Below are positions 13,501 to 26,521 of a DNA stretch of 64,000 nt, piece after piece; positions within the stretch are counted from its first letter, which is position 1; the number at the start of each line of letters is the position of its first letter. Under the pieces are notes generated by a model, which made no database searches, was not told where the DNA came from, and was given only the letters and a program-made list of their open reading frames with translations. This DNA is from Phoronis australis (lineage: Eukaryota; Animalia; Phoronida), in contig NMRA01000009.1 of assembly GCA_002633005.1 (NCBI GenBank), forward strand, positions 1,757,858 through 1,821,857, given 5' to 3'. The position numbers and the translations under genes are program-made.

Positions 13501-16500
13501 CACGAATCCATGCACCGAGATGCTGGCGCATCCATTTTCGTAATCCATAAAAAGTTTAATTTCTATCCGAATGATGTACTGTGTTGTTATGTAGGACCCT
13601 AGAAAAATGTCGATTTGGTTAACTTTGGAACATCATATCTCGGAAATGACCCCTAGGATTCGTATGAATTTTTTTAAAGTATTCCACATTTGTATGAGGG
13701 GCTATCAAAAATTGGGACTTTTATGATTTTCATGAAAAAAATGTAAAATGCATAAAACGATAACGAAATGGTAGTTTAGAAATCTGTATAAGCGTTTTTG
13801 AGATTTCGTCTTGAACATTTACTAGATAAAATGAATTTAGTCATGTTATTGATACCGTCATTTTGCTATGAATGCACCTTTCTTTTTTGCTAAATTCTAC
13901 CAAAAAACACATGGTCACATGACTCAATTAAAGGCAGATTGGTAAAAAGTCAAAACTCAAATTCTACAGTCTTTACACTTTCAGAAAATTTATTGATGAG
14001 TGGTTTGAGCTCTGGAGTCCCATTTGGGAGAGCCGAGTTCTAATCCTGTCTTCATTTGCTGACAATCGAGCATTGCACAATGGTGTCTCCTACTCCTCTG
14101 AGCTCGGTCTTACTTGTGAATGAGAACCTCGATATATTGCGAAAGCGATTTCAGGAGCTGTGCTAAAAAAGAATTTATTTTTATACTTTTATTGAGTAAA
14201 AGTCTATAGCTTTTTTGAGAAATGTGGCAATAGACTTGTCATAAAGTCTATACGTAAGTTGAGCTTGTTCTAAGTGCAAGTAGGCAAATGCCTCGTAATG
14301 GAATGTACAATACCTTTTCAGTGAGCTATGAGCGATCACCAATAATCAAATACAATCTACTCAAACATTCAAATGTTACATCTCAAAATAAATCAAAAAA
14401 ACATTTAAAAGGATTGGCTTACGTGTTGTCGACTATACACCTAACTGGTCGACAACGAGTGTAGATGTGTTCCATATTAGAGGTGTCGTAGGTTTTCCAC
14501 TGTTTTGGCTGGAAGGCTTTCATGCTTTTCGCCAGTTGGCTGTGGTATACAGCCGGCGAGGACGAGCTTTCATTGGCAAAGTTCTACAACAAGACAAAAA
14601 CATTTGAGTCGTTGCAAGACCAATAGTGGACTATGATGTTTTGGGACTTTTCTTAAACTGGTTTTGAAGGAAGTCCTAAACGTGTGATGACGATATTGAA
14701 CTCACAGAGTTCGGTCAAAAGACAGACTGGATGTCTGATCTGCCGTTTGAAAAATGCAAACCTGTGGTGATCGCACGTGACTGGCCAGAATAAAAGTATT
14801 TTCCACAATTTTATTGTATTCTAATTCCTCGCTAGGAGGCTGACTGCAAACTAGCACTGTTAGTACGTGTCAACTGGGTTCATCCCTCCATACCTTGGCT
14901 CAGTTTGAGTATCCATTCTGTCTAATCCTCATGAACTCCTTTGGCGCCTGTTATCTACGCTGAGCGGATTATTGGTCGTCAACAGTGGTTCAGTTTAGTT
15001 ATTCGAACTCAAGTTTGTTAAGGAAGAATACGGCTTATCGTCAATCCATCGACCGCTGCATTCGGAGGCCCGCAACGCCTCTGGGTGGCCTACGGTCGTT
15101 GTTCGGTGTAACCAATTTATGTTAAAAAGATCAACCTTTGGATTAAGCATTGCAGGTCTAGACTATTTAGAATATGCGTCTTGTCTCTCCGTGCTGATAT
15201 AGGTCTAGGGAGTCTTGACTCTTGGTGGCTGTAAACGTTAAAAATGTGTCTCATCTCAGCAGTGTTCGAAAGAATTCGATGCATAAGCCCTACTTACTCG
15301 AAAACCGTTTCCAGTTTTGAATTTGTTCAACGTTTCACCCACTTCTCGCACCTGCTCCGTGAGTTTGCGAAACTCGGCCTAAAATAGAAACGTGTTCAGT
15401 TATTAAACAGTTGTTTACCAGTTCTTTCATACTCACTGCCTTGTATATAAAAATTATAAACCAAGTTACACATTGACATCTGCACATAGCCAACGTCAGT
15501 CGCGCTGTTACCAATTGCTGGGAAAACGTGCCAATTTTCTGAATGGGTTTTGAACAGTATGACGGATAGAAAAACTGACGCCATCAAACGGAAAATAATT
15601 AAAATGGCTTCTAGGTCACGCACAATACGTTTAATCCGCCCCCACAATACGTTTAATCCGCAGTATAGACAACTTCATCAAAATTTCAACGTCACAGCTT
15701 ATGGAATTTATTATAAAACACTAAGGTCTCCAAGGTTCTTGGAATAGTTTAATATTCAGTCCTACAGAAAGGTCTTATTCTCAATATATTCCTAAAAAGC
15801 TCAATACCTTTACCTCATTAACCATTTTTCTATAATATCTTATCTGTTATAGGCAAAGTTTCGATTGCGAAGCTCGACAAAGTCCATTTATGGTTAGGTA
15901 AAATGAATTGTGGAAGGCATATTCAAATTTTTTATAAAAATAATCCTCAGATTTGTAATTTCCTCGTGATAGTGGCATGACACATAATTATCAAGCGTAG
16001 TAACACAACGATAATTTTACAACCCTGTTTTATCTTTAAGATTGTACTTTATGAGAGTCATACATGCTCAACAGTCACTTAACCTGATATTCTATGTTTC
16101 AGTCTTAATATATTGCTAAGAGGAGTCGGGCATATTTAAACTGCTTCAGATGTACGCGATGACATTAGCGATGACTCAAATCTCTGCTTCATTTTACAGT
16201 TGCCCACTAAATTGCTACACGCGGTTATTACTTTCTTCAAACTAATTTAAAGAATTATCTTGTAGCTAAGACATCTGAATGGGAATTTTTGAGCATATTA
16301 AATGCAGATCATGATGCAAAAAAATGAAAACAGCGATGTTCCAAAAACGAAAATCGAGTCTCAGTTGAATTTGATGATGAATTGATTTTCAATAAATGAA
16401 TTTGCATTAAATATCTGTGTTTGTCGTCATTTAGTTGCATGTCGCTGGCTGGTGCCATGCTTGAACGCTAGATGTCATGTTTAGGCAAGGGAACCTTCCG

Positions 16501-19500
16501 TATTTTCTCGTGAAAAAGAAAAACAATTAGATCTCGCGAAATTAAAAAAATCGCGTGCTCAGGCAAGTGTTTTGATAACATATTTCAGCCTCGAGGTCAG
16601 CAAAATTTCAGTTTTCGCTTCCTCTACCTTGGTTTTACTCGGACATTTAATGAGATCCATTTTCTTGTAACTCGTGGATAAGTTTGATTGTAGCATGACG
16701 TCAGATACATTGTTCAGCAATATCAATGCGACGTCATTGTTGCTATATGGCGTATAACTTTTATGCAACTGGGCCCTGGTATACAAATGTACAGAAGATC
16801 TCTGGTATCACTGCATACAAGTGAAGTTAATTGAATGTAATTCCTTTGTTTCTCTATTGCTGGTGAGAATTGTGAGTTGGCTTGAGAAAAGTGGTCGGCG
16901 GCCACAGTTATCATGCATCAATTGTAGGGATCTCGTATTTGTTTATCCGGGAGACTTTGAGGGAATTCAAAGACTCTTACCTTTGTTAGTCTGTTCATTG
17001 CCGGCTCTGAAAGAAGACATTCCCGAAATTTAATGCCATTCATACAAAAAGGAATTCTTGGACGTTAAGCTTCATTATATTCAACTTTCAAAAGTTCAAC
17101 TTGCTTTTCAAGTACATGAAATTTTCCAGTCAAATTATGTGGTAATTTTGACTGACCTTACAAAAGGTAGTTATCATCAAAATAGAAACTATCAAAACTC
17201 ACTTTGTTCTGAACTATCGCAGTCTCGCGTTGCGCAGTGTGACTGTGTCCCTGCCCAGGCTTTCCACTTCAGCGTGTTCTGAAACCAGTCACATGAGAAA
17301 TTGTAGACGGGTAAACTAATGTTTAGGATTAAACGTTGAGACGTTTTTTTTGTAAGAAATAAGAGGGGTTTTTGCCGTCAGTAATACAAAAATTATTGGT
17401 CACGAGACAGCAATGACATTAGCTTTCTTCATTTCAAAATCCTATGTCCCCATGCAAACGAGAAACTCCAGCAAAGTCTGCCGCTCCTGTTGGTAAGTCT
17501 TGTAATAGAACTACACACAAGTTTCCAGGGATGTCTGCATTGCGGGATGTCCACCTTGAGTGGCAGTGTAATTTTGCATAATCTCAACATTTGGTATGTA
17601 GGAGCTTGGAATTAACAATTCATTAAAGCAATCAGGTAAATTTTTTGTTCGGTGTAAAGAAATTTTATAATTATTGGCGCCACGATCACCCATTTTCTCG
17701 TTTAATGGAACTTGTGTCACATAATTGGAGGAATAAATGAATGGTTAATCAATAATTGTTTGGTGAATAAGATCATCAATAGTTGAAAAAAGCCAACAAA
17801 GGTTGGTTAAAATCAATATGATGTTATTAAGATATTAAATGATTTAGTGCAGTGCAAATTTTTATCAACGTGAACGGGATTTTTTGGTTAACTTGCCAAG
17901 TTTCCTCGGCTATTCCAAGTTCACGCACACGCGATCTTGAGATCGAGCGGAACTTCAAGTTCAAGCACAGCAAGACAACTATACTCATTCATGCACGTAA
18001 TGTCTGTAAGCAAAAATTTAACTGGCCAACGACTGATGGTGAACGTAAGGCAACGTCAAATTCAAAATGCAAGCTACGCAGTTGGTAAGCCCAGCTCATA
18101 CGAAAAGTGCGACATGATATTTACGTTGGTTAGATTTCTGGAAGTAATAAACTAAAGCAAGACTTATACCACGTTCAGATGTGAGTTGTGTGGATAATGA
18201 AACTAGGAAACACAATTACGGTAAGTCTCCAAGTAGGCGTTAATGATCTCAACAGTGTGGTGCACAGTGTAAATCGTACCTGGTCTAAAACTTTTTGCTG
18301 CAAGCTTGGTTCTGGCGTCAGCAGTCGCTTGGTATTGAAGTCGTAGCGCCAAGTGTTAGACATCCTGTCAGTAAAGATCTCTGACCTGCAATGAAGCGGT
18401 TTGAATGCCGGTTGCTTAAATATTTTATGACTGAAAAATGTCTCCCTGCGCTTCAATAAATTGACAACGCTCTTGTCTGTCACTGCAGTTTAATCTTTTA
18501 TCGCATACGTTACCGGAACCTTTTGACACACAAGGGAATATCTGATGATTTAAGTGGGTATAATTTTTATAGATAGTATCGAAAATCTATATTTATGGTA
18601 GTAATTTTAACGAGCTGTGTGGACTTTGTTTTATGTTCGTCTATTAAAGTGCTAAGCAATATGTTGCACACCAGTGGGGCAGAAATTGGCTATTTGTTTA
18701 CACAGCAATGCTGCATGGATTATTTACAAATGACTGTGTTATCAGGGTTGCACTCATTTGATTTTGATAGTTCACGCTACATGTGTTTCATTAAACAGAC
18801 TGAACTAATACGATGTGTCTAGTATGCAAAGTCGCTCAAATTCACGATGTATTTTGCTCGAAAAGCTGCTGCCAGCTTGCTCTGACATATAACTGACTGC
18901 TGTCAGCTGTTATCGTGTTATATGAACCTTTGAAATAAAACTATTACAATTACTCTTTAACCGCCTTCAGTCGTGTGGGAAAAGGACCGCTGGAAAGACG
19001 GTTCCCTGCATCATTCAGTCACTTGGTGGCGAGATCGTCTCATCCACGCCAAGGTCGGTTCACTTAAAACTGCCAAACGCACTTGAAAATCGACGGCATT
19101 TCGCGAGCCGGCTCAAAATTAGTTCGGCAATTCAGAAATAATTTACGAGAAAGGCAAGGACAAGAAATTATCAAAAGCAGAAATGAATGAATATCACACG
19201 TTAACAGCGGGTTACATTCTGACCGGATCTACGCAAATGCGCTAGTGTAAGCTCACGAAATAAAATAATTCGATATTCACAGTCCCCTGTCAAAATGCGG
19301 GAGTCTCCATGACAAAATGCCCTTTTCTTCGCAGTGACCATGTTGACCTTTTCGAATAGCACAGAGGCTTTCATTCTCTGTATCAGTTTTTGAGAAATTC
19401 GAGTTGCTCCTGTTCAGGTTGTAAATGCGCTCTCTATGTTCAGTTGATCAAATACACCGGTTGACCTCATCTTTCGGTATAGACCAATCAAGAACCATAC

Positions 19501-20600
19501 AGATGTCAGGGATGTTCACGTCATTACCGAATAGACCAATGTGTCTAATGTTACAAATAAAACTTCAAGTAAGGCCATCCAGTTTGCTGAATCCTGGGCC
19601 TGCCTTGGAAGACCACCGTCTCTAGCCGACTCTAGCCAGCTAGAGACGATGGTCACTGTCTAATTGGACAGTGACCACCGTCTTTAGCCGACTCTTGTCA
19701 GCTAGAGACGGTGGTCACTGTCTCATTGGACAATGACCACCGTCTTTAGCCAACGCTAGTCAGCTAGAAACGGTGGTCACCGTCTAATTGGACAGCGAAC
19801 ATTGCGGTAGTGGGATCGTTGGCATTTATTCCATTCAGTTTGATGGTCACGGTTATCTTGAGTTAATGTCACGCGCCAAAGTCGTCAGATAAGAAAGTTT
19901 ATGCCGGGTTCAGCAGATTAATAAAATTAACTCAGCTCGAAGTGTAGGCTTTTAGAACCAATCAGTGAAATGATAGCTTCTTTAAAATATGAATGCCGGC
20001 CTGCTAGGTTTAACCGAGCGTCTAAGTTAGGTGATCAGATGGGAAGGAAACTAACTACCGGTCAGTCATTATCAGGGAGATTCTTAACCAAGGCACATCT
20101 TTTAGCAGGCAGTATCGGTTACTTGAATAAAAAGCGATTGGTTACATTGTTAACATTGTAAATACATCGGTGGCGCAGCAATGAAATAAGTGGGAGCCCC
20201 TCAGCCCCCTATCATGGTGCGCCGCCCAAGAAACAAACTTTGCAGCTCTGGTTTCAAAAATCCGAACTAGCGCAGCGACTGTCAGATTATTAACACTTGA
20301 AGTAAATCTGACAGCATAAACGCCATGTAGCCGTCAAGGCGGGAGGAGGTCACCGAATTCACTTTAATTTTACGTCATCCAGCAGTTAACAGTAATTTGA
20401 AGTTGACCTATTAACTTTGTATGATTTAGTTCGTCATATGAAAATACTGAACATTCATAACCGACTTACCTAGACACCTGAGACTGAGAGGACTTCACAT
20501 TCCACGATTTCTTGCCGTATGTGGACACTATCCAGTTTTGAAACTCAGTCGTCATATTGGCGTCAAGCTGAACCACCTTCGTAATCACATCTGATTCCAT
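10535..20600 (-). CDS. Uncharacterised basic, Cys-cluster protein, ~659 aa. Predicted exons 20600-20470, 18385-18280, 17278-17203, 17006-16981, 15843-15814, 14583-14423, 11984-10535
   Basis: Long open terminal exon (ORF 10535-12013). Six upstream segments have AG/GT boundaries whose phases (2,0,1,0,0,2) chain into one open frame from ATG 20600. Cys clusters CLPECVQLACVGDC, CIMCRQKLCLGKC and CTPC; RPKSA/RPQTA motifs. The small exons are less certain. Confidence 0.72.
14000..14150 (+). mobile_element. Possible decayed tRNA-derived SINE head
   Basis: A-box-like TGGTTTGAGC and B-box-like GAGTTCTAATCC about 30 bp apart; no complete cloverleaf. Confidence 0.3.
19611..19800. repeat. Tandem array (62-bp period) of 60-bp palindromic mini-elements made of TAG...CTA-family ends
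   Basis: Units start at 19665, 19727 and 19789 (partial), with a 5'-truncated unit at 19611. Unit consensus TGGACAGTGAC-CACCGTCTTTAGCCGAC-TCTT-GTCAGCTAGAGACGGTG-GTCACTGTCTA, separated by AT. Confidence 0.85.
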
Positions 20601-21069
20601 CTTGCTCGATAGAACGTCTAAATCCTTCTCCTGAGTCAACAAGGCAACGTATCTAGTCTAACACCCGTTACTGCTCGCATTGTCATGATGGCGTTGAGCC
20701 CGGCACCTATTGGCTGTTGATAGGACTGTGCAGGGCTACATTGTGTTTATTCACATATGTTTGAATAGGCCTCGACGAACTTGGTAATAAGCGGGGACAA
20801 ACAGCTCGGTTAATAAAGGACGTTTAGTTTATAGCCAATGTTTATATCCTTTGAAACGTCAATTCACTACTTATTTGCAACTGATTGAGATTTCTATTGT
20901 ACGATACAATGCGGCTACATCTAGTCTTCTGCTACGTAAATTAATTCATTACTGAAGTGCTGTACTGAATGGTTTCGAGGTGCGGATTGGATGCATAGAA
21001 ACTGAGCGTGCTCCAGCCAACTTTTCGTTCATTTGAGGTGAGAACATGTGATTTTGGCTAGATTTTTCT

Positions 21070-21145
21070 CTCGCTGGTTCCCTGCGTGCTTAGCCCAGCC
21101 AGCACGGCTACCGCCCCATCTAGCGGCACGCAGGGAACCAGCGAG
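21070..21145 (-). mobile_element. 76-bp ends-only derivative of the AcademH-type element at 49702-59708
   Basis: First 37 bp equal the reverse complement of 59672-59708. Last 39 bp equal the reverse complement of 49702-49740 with one mismatch. Flanked by 9-bp direct repeat GATTTTTCT (21061-21069, 21146-21154). Confidence 0.93.
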
Positions 21146-22137
21146 GATTTTTCTAGTCACGAGACAGCTGCTACCCAGCGTTTTACAGCTCTATGGCTCA
21201 GTGGTCACGCGAAGAAAACTTTCAGACTGAGCCGGGGGCTAGTGTAGAATAGGGATTTCCCTAGTAGGCGGATAAAAATTTATTATCGTTGACTCATACC
21301 GGGTTAGTCTTGATCAACGGATCGATACTATGCGTCAGTGTGACCTATTTATACCTACATAAAGGCTTGCATGGAATATATTGGAGAAAAGTTGCTTTGA
21401 CTAAAGTCGGAAAACATTTATGCCAGGCCTGGACGCCAAAGGTCAGTGCAGGCATAGACTATGATGCAGGTACGTGTAACAGTCAGATTTATGTTTTGGG
21501 GGTCCCTGTTCTTATTTTTGAATGGATTCATTGTTTACGGTTTTTTAAGTCGCAGAAGCCCCGAGAAATTCTGATTGAATTTCTAAAGCAAATTTATTCA
21601 AAATTTACAATTCGAAAGGCCAATTTTGTGTTATTCATAGCCGATTAATGAAATGATGCTGCTTGGTTTAATACATCAGATACCGGTACTGAGGCCGGCC
21701 GGTGATGACGGAAGCCACCATGCGGCTAACATCGAAAATAGTTTTGTATTCTGGAAACGTCGCAAGCGGAACTATCTGGTCCTTTCATGCTACACTTTAA
21801 TGTATCATTTTTCCTGTTCTCGGTGGGGGGTGGGCACGGAATCAACTGCTGCTCTGTTCCGGTCACTCAACTAAGTTCCGTAAATGTTCTGTGCCTTTTT
21901 GTCTTTGCTTATTCTCAAATGTCACGTTTTCTGTCACTCTGTGTTTATTATGAGCATCTTATTTTCTTATGTTTTTGAGATAAAACTGATCCTTATTTCA
22001 GTGAATGTACGGACTTTGACTTTGAATTAGGAACGTTGCAAGAAACGTTCCCTATTTCAATAAAATTCAATGCACAATTTATTATGCGTATCAAAGCTTA
22101 AAGTGATTTCGTGATGAAAATATATCATTCAACAGAA

Positions 22138-22208
22138 CAGTCAGTGTTTGTACCAGTCTACAGATAGTGTTTGTACCAGTCTACAGTCAGTGTTTGTACC
22201 AGTCTACA
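22138..22208. repeat. 23-bp tandem repeat x3 (CAGTCAGTGTTTGTACCAGTCTA)
   Basis: Three near-identical adjacent copies. Confidence 0.9.
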
Positions 22209-25066
22209 AATGCTGAGCTCCTGTTTGCGACTGTTTCATGACACCGGCCACGATGTCACTTCTCGTCTTTATTTTTTTTAAATTACATGCATACATTTTT
22301 ACTATTCGGAGACTCTGGAACGGGTGACAATGATAGAATCAACAATTGCTTTTGGCATGTTTTTTGAAATAAAACACCCGGTCAAGCTAAGGCGCCCCCT
22401 TTGGAGGGGTGGTCAGTGATGGAATCCGTTGTTCTGCTTTTGTACATGAAATCGTTATAAGTCTAAATCTTTTCATATTAAGTTACCCCCATCATGCGTA
22501 AGTAGATAACAGAATCTTTGTGTAGTTTTAAACCGTTCTCAAAGTGAACCCTTTTGTAGGGTATAAAATCGGAAAGGCTCCTTTTCATTGGGAATGTTGT
22601 CAGAAAAGGCTGGCTGTCGTAAAGTCACCCTTCTGAGCGACATGTCCCTCATACCTTCTGCATGGAAGTAACCCCAGGGACGGGCGCAAAGTTTAAAGTG
22701 CACTCGCGTCCATCGGGTGCGCAAAATTAATGAAGCTCTGTCCTGCATTGTATGTCCATTTGTTGAGTAAAACTAGGAAAGCATTTGGACAGCTAAACTC
22801 TGCTTATACTGATACTCATAGTTTCAAGTTACATGTTTCTTTATTTTTTCCCGATTGCGACCTTGAGTGGGTGATTTTGTTGATAAAAATTGAATTACGA
22901 GATTGCAATAGCGGTTACTGAAACTTTATTTTTAGTCTTATCGGGCCGACGAATGCTAATCTTCATTAAACAAGTTGGTAATCTCTCACGAATGTTGTCG
23001 ACTCAACACTCTCTTTGTTATGGTCTTCAAAACACCCTGGCTCCCCATTTGTTTACGCGAAGTGTTACCTTGCTGGCGTAAATGCCGGTTTCGGTTTACT
23101 CGCATTATGTAAAAGAGTTCAGTTAGCACTTCCATAAAGGTAGTAAAAAAGACCTACCAATGACGTGATTGGGTTTAGGGGGAAAGGTATTGTATAAAAA
23201 AACAGTGCAGGTGATCTGATGTCATTTGCTGTGCATCAGACGTGCGCAGGCCTCATGATTGGGCCCATTGCACAAAACTTTAGGAAAACGGACAGACGTT
23301 TCCATTTGTTGCAATGCACTACATGTTGTAGGCATGTAACAGTGCCATCCAGTAGGTTGCTCCTTAGCCTATAAAAAGCCGGGCAAGACTCTACCTGGTA
23401 TTGTATTATTACATATTAGATTTAGGGGAGGGAACCCCCTCGCGAAAGCCGATATCCTAGATCCACCATTTTTACTCCTTAATCTCGTCTGACTTGTTGT
23501 TGAACGCTACTTGCCACGATCATGGTTTGAGTACATACAATTGGTTATTTATTTTCCATTTCGGTATTCATTTTGCCAGGATATGTTGGGTATAAATATT
23601 ACGACATGTGACGGGCAATGAAAGGATTTCGTAGACGCACTCGCTACAAAAGCTAAGTCATTGTTGCGTACTTCGCTTGTAATGTACGGCTTTCGTCATC
23701 TTGCTTTTGTCTGGAGAAACGCGGTCCACGGAACGCGGCCCGGATATATGTCGTTTGAAATTCGCGACGGGTAGGCAGACGAAAATTGGATGTGTGTACA
23801 CAACGTGTTAGTTGAAATTTATGAAGACATGATCTCGAAACCAGTCTTAATATTCATCTCACTTCAGCCACGATGGAGGATCAAGATCAACGATTGTCCC
23901 CATTTCGCTTCATTACGCATATGTTCCTTCACACGCTCTACATACCGTAAAACAGGTTCTCCGTTGCCAACGGGGCAACGCAAAATTGCACTTTGAAAAC
24001 CATCCACTTGCTTGATTCTGTCACCCAAGGTAAACATTCACAAGAAATTTGGCAAGTATCTGTCAAACATGTTTTTGTTGAACACCAGGATGTAAATTGC
24101 GACAACGCTCATTAGGCTATTAGTGAATCGAACAGGTTTTGGTGATCGATGATAAAATTTTCAATTAATAAGGACATTCTCGGTTTTGAATACACATTTT
24201 ATTAGCAAAGAAATATTTATAGTTTTCATTAAGTAGAATTGTCTCCAGATTATTTATGCTTGGTAAGTAGCTATCATATCCATACGTTTTATAACATTGA
24301 AAACCCCAAGATAAAAATTAACGGTGATGATTCAGTCAGATTTTTGGGCAATTCTGTGCTTATTTCTTCATAACATCATTGGTTTCACGATTATTAGGTT
24401 AACATTTAAATTCCATTATCTATGTCAAATCGGGTACACCGTCATTTTGATTTTGGTAAGCCTCATAAATTTATTTGCAAAATTTGCAATGAGAAGTGAT
24501 AAAATTTCTCATGGCACTTGATACAATAAACATATATTTCTTTCTAACTAAACTGTTATAACTTAGGCGGTAACATCAACTTACGTTACAAAGTATGAAT
24601 TTAAACTATAACTTTCAGCCGTGTATTTTACTGTTATTTTTTTAAAAGTAAGCGGAGCATATGTTCATTGAGTATTATTATCTTGTAGTATTTTTGCTTT
24701 TGATAACCTTCAGTTCTGCATTTCTCCGTCTTCCCCTACTCATTAACTTTTTCTTTATCAAACCATCTCTGAGCGGGCTCACGAAATGTCGATTTCCACG
24801 ACGTGTTCTTAGTGTGCCGTCTCGTGGACGTGATTGGCGGTCTCGCCTCTACGTGACCCCATACCGGTCAATGCCTTGCATTGTTAAGAGCAGACCAGTT
24901 GCACACGCTTGATCGAATTTCATTATTTTCATGACGTTACGTTAGTCACTTGTAAGAGTGTTGACATCTACTCACTTTTGTACGGGGGCTTCGTTTCCAC
25001 TCTGAATAATAACTGTGGAACAAGGTTCTAAGCAGGTACATGTTATCAGTGATTGTAACACTTTAA

Positions 25067-26399
25067 AGGCGAAGGCAACCTTTTTTCATGTCATTTTTAG
25101 CAAAAATAAGGTTCGTTGATTATCCCAGATATATTTTTCACTTATTTACTGCTTTTCGTAATTTAATTAATTACTCGTCGTCTATTCCGGAAGTGACGTT
25201 TTGGGAGGCAAGAATTTCGCGCCAATTTCTTTTCATATAGTCTGACTGTGAGAGTAGTCGAGTCAGTCATTGTTCTACCTCGGTTGTGATAAGTTCGGTC
25301 GTCGTTTGCTTTTGCTTACGAGTCAGTCAACATGCCACGCTGTTGCTGCGTACTGGGGTGTACTCATCATCTCACGTACAGAGGAAGAACTGTCCCAATT
25401 GCTCGATTGTCCCGCGACATTCTCCCACTTGAGGGTGATCTGAGCCCCCAAACTGCTTACATTCCGCCGTGTGACTCCCTCGCCACACACTTGGCACCTT
25501 CTAAATAGTTCCAATACAAGTCCACAATAAATTTATCAAACTTAGACTCACCGATCTGTTCATTGGATGACTAACTGTCCTTTTCACTGGGTGTTGAACT
25601 GGGCCTGTATTCACTCCCACTACTCAACATCGCTGCAAGGCTGCTTACAGGCCCTGGGCTACAGACAACAGCGACAGGGCGAATCACTGCTAGTTCCCGG
25701 AATTGCACGCAATGGGGTACGTTCGGAGGCACGTTTGACAGTTGATGACCAGCCTCCAGTCACTGTATATAGTGGCCACAGCTCGCGAGGCTTCTCGCTT
25801 CAAAAACGCAATTCTCGGGGTTGGCGACGGGGAATTGTCGGGAATCAACAGCGACTGTATGGTACCCTTCTTCAGGCGTTGTTTCGCAGGGACCTTCATC
25901 AATCCAGCGTACATATCTCTGTCGTAATCTGACGGCAGAAAATGCTTGCCACACACTCGGTAAACCTCCACTGCTTTGTACGTCGCGTGGACGGGTAGCG
26001 CTGCGTTCTTCACATGAACGAGCTAGCGAGCTAGTACGGCGAAGTGTGTCGTCCTTCGGAAATCGACGCAAGGTACCCAAAGCGCGTGTGAGACGATAAT
26101 GAGTGCATCCCAGCACGCAGCAACAGCGTGCCATGTTGACTGACTTGTAAACAAAAGCAAACGACGACCGAACTTATCACAACCGAGGCAGAACGATGAC
26201 TGACTCGACAGCTCTCACAGTCAGACTATAATGAAAAGAAATTGGCGCGAAACTCTTACCTCCCAAAACGTCACTTCCGGAGTAGAGGACGAGAAATTAA
26301 TCAAATTACGAAAAGCTGTAGTTAAGTGAAAAATGTGTTTGGGATAATCAACGAACCTTATTTTTGCTAAAAGTGACATGAAAAAGGTTGCCTTCGCCT
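25067..26399 (-). mobile_element. Kolobok-type DNA transposon, internal-deletion derivative
   Basis: TTAA on both sides (25063-25066, 26400-26403), AGG...CCT termini, ~310-bp TIRs and an internal THAP relic. TTAA TSD, RR..YY ends and THAP are Kolobok hallmarks. Confidence 0.85.
25380..26134 (-). pseudogene. Frameshifted THAP zinc-finger / Kolobok transposase 5' fragment
   Basis: MARCCCVLGC...RFPKD in one frame, RVCGKHF..DY...LKKGTIQSL in another (C2CH THAP signature). Downstream LFRRCQVCG...W.SS segment. Confidence 0.75.
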
Positions 26400-26521
26400 T
26401 TAAAGTCAAATGCCACAAAATTAATTGTAGAGTGTGTAAGCTTGACCTTTTATGTTTCTTGTGGTGTTCCAACAAAGTGACCGCTGAAGTGGAATGGCAC
26501 TGAATTGACCTTTTCCGGATG

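Noticed and set aside
19611-19800. CRISPR array or miRNA cluster
   Set aside because: No variable spacers and the units derive from transposon termini. Small-RNA production cannot be judged from sequence.
25063-26403. piggyBac or P-element assignment for the TTAA/THAP element
   Set aside because: Ends are AGG..CCT rather than CCC..GGG, and the TSD is TTAA rather than 8 bp; this fits Kolobok better.
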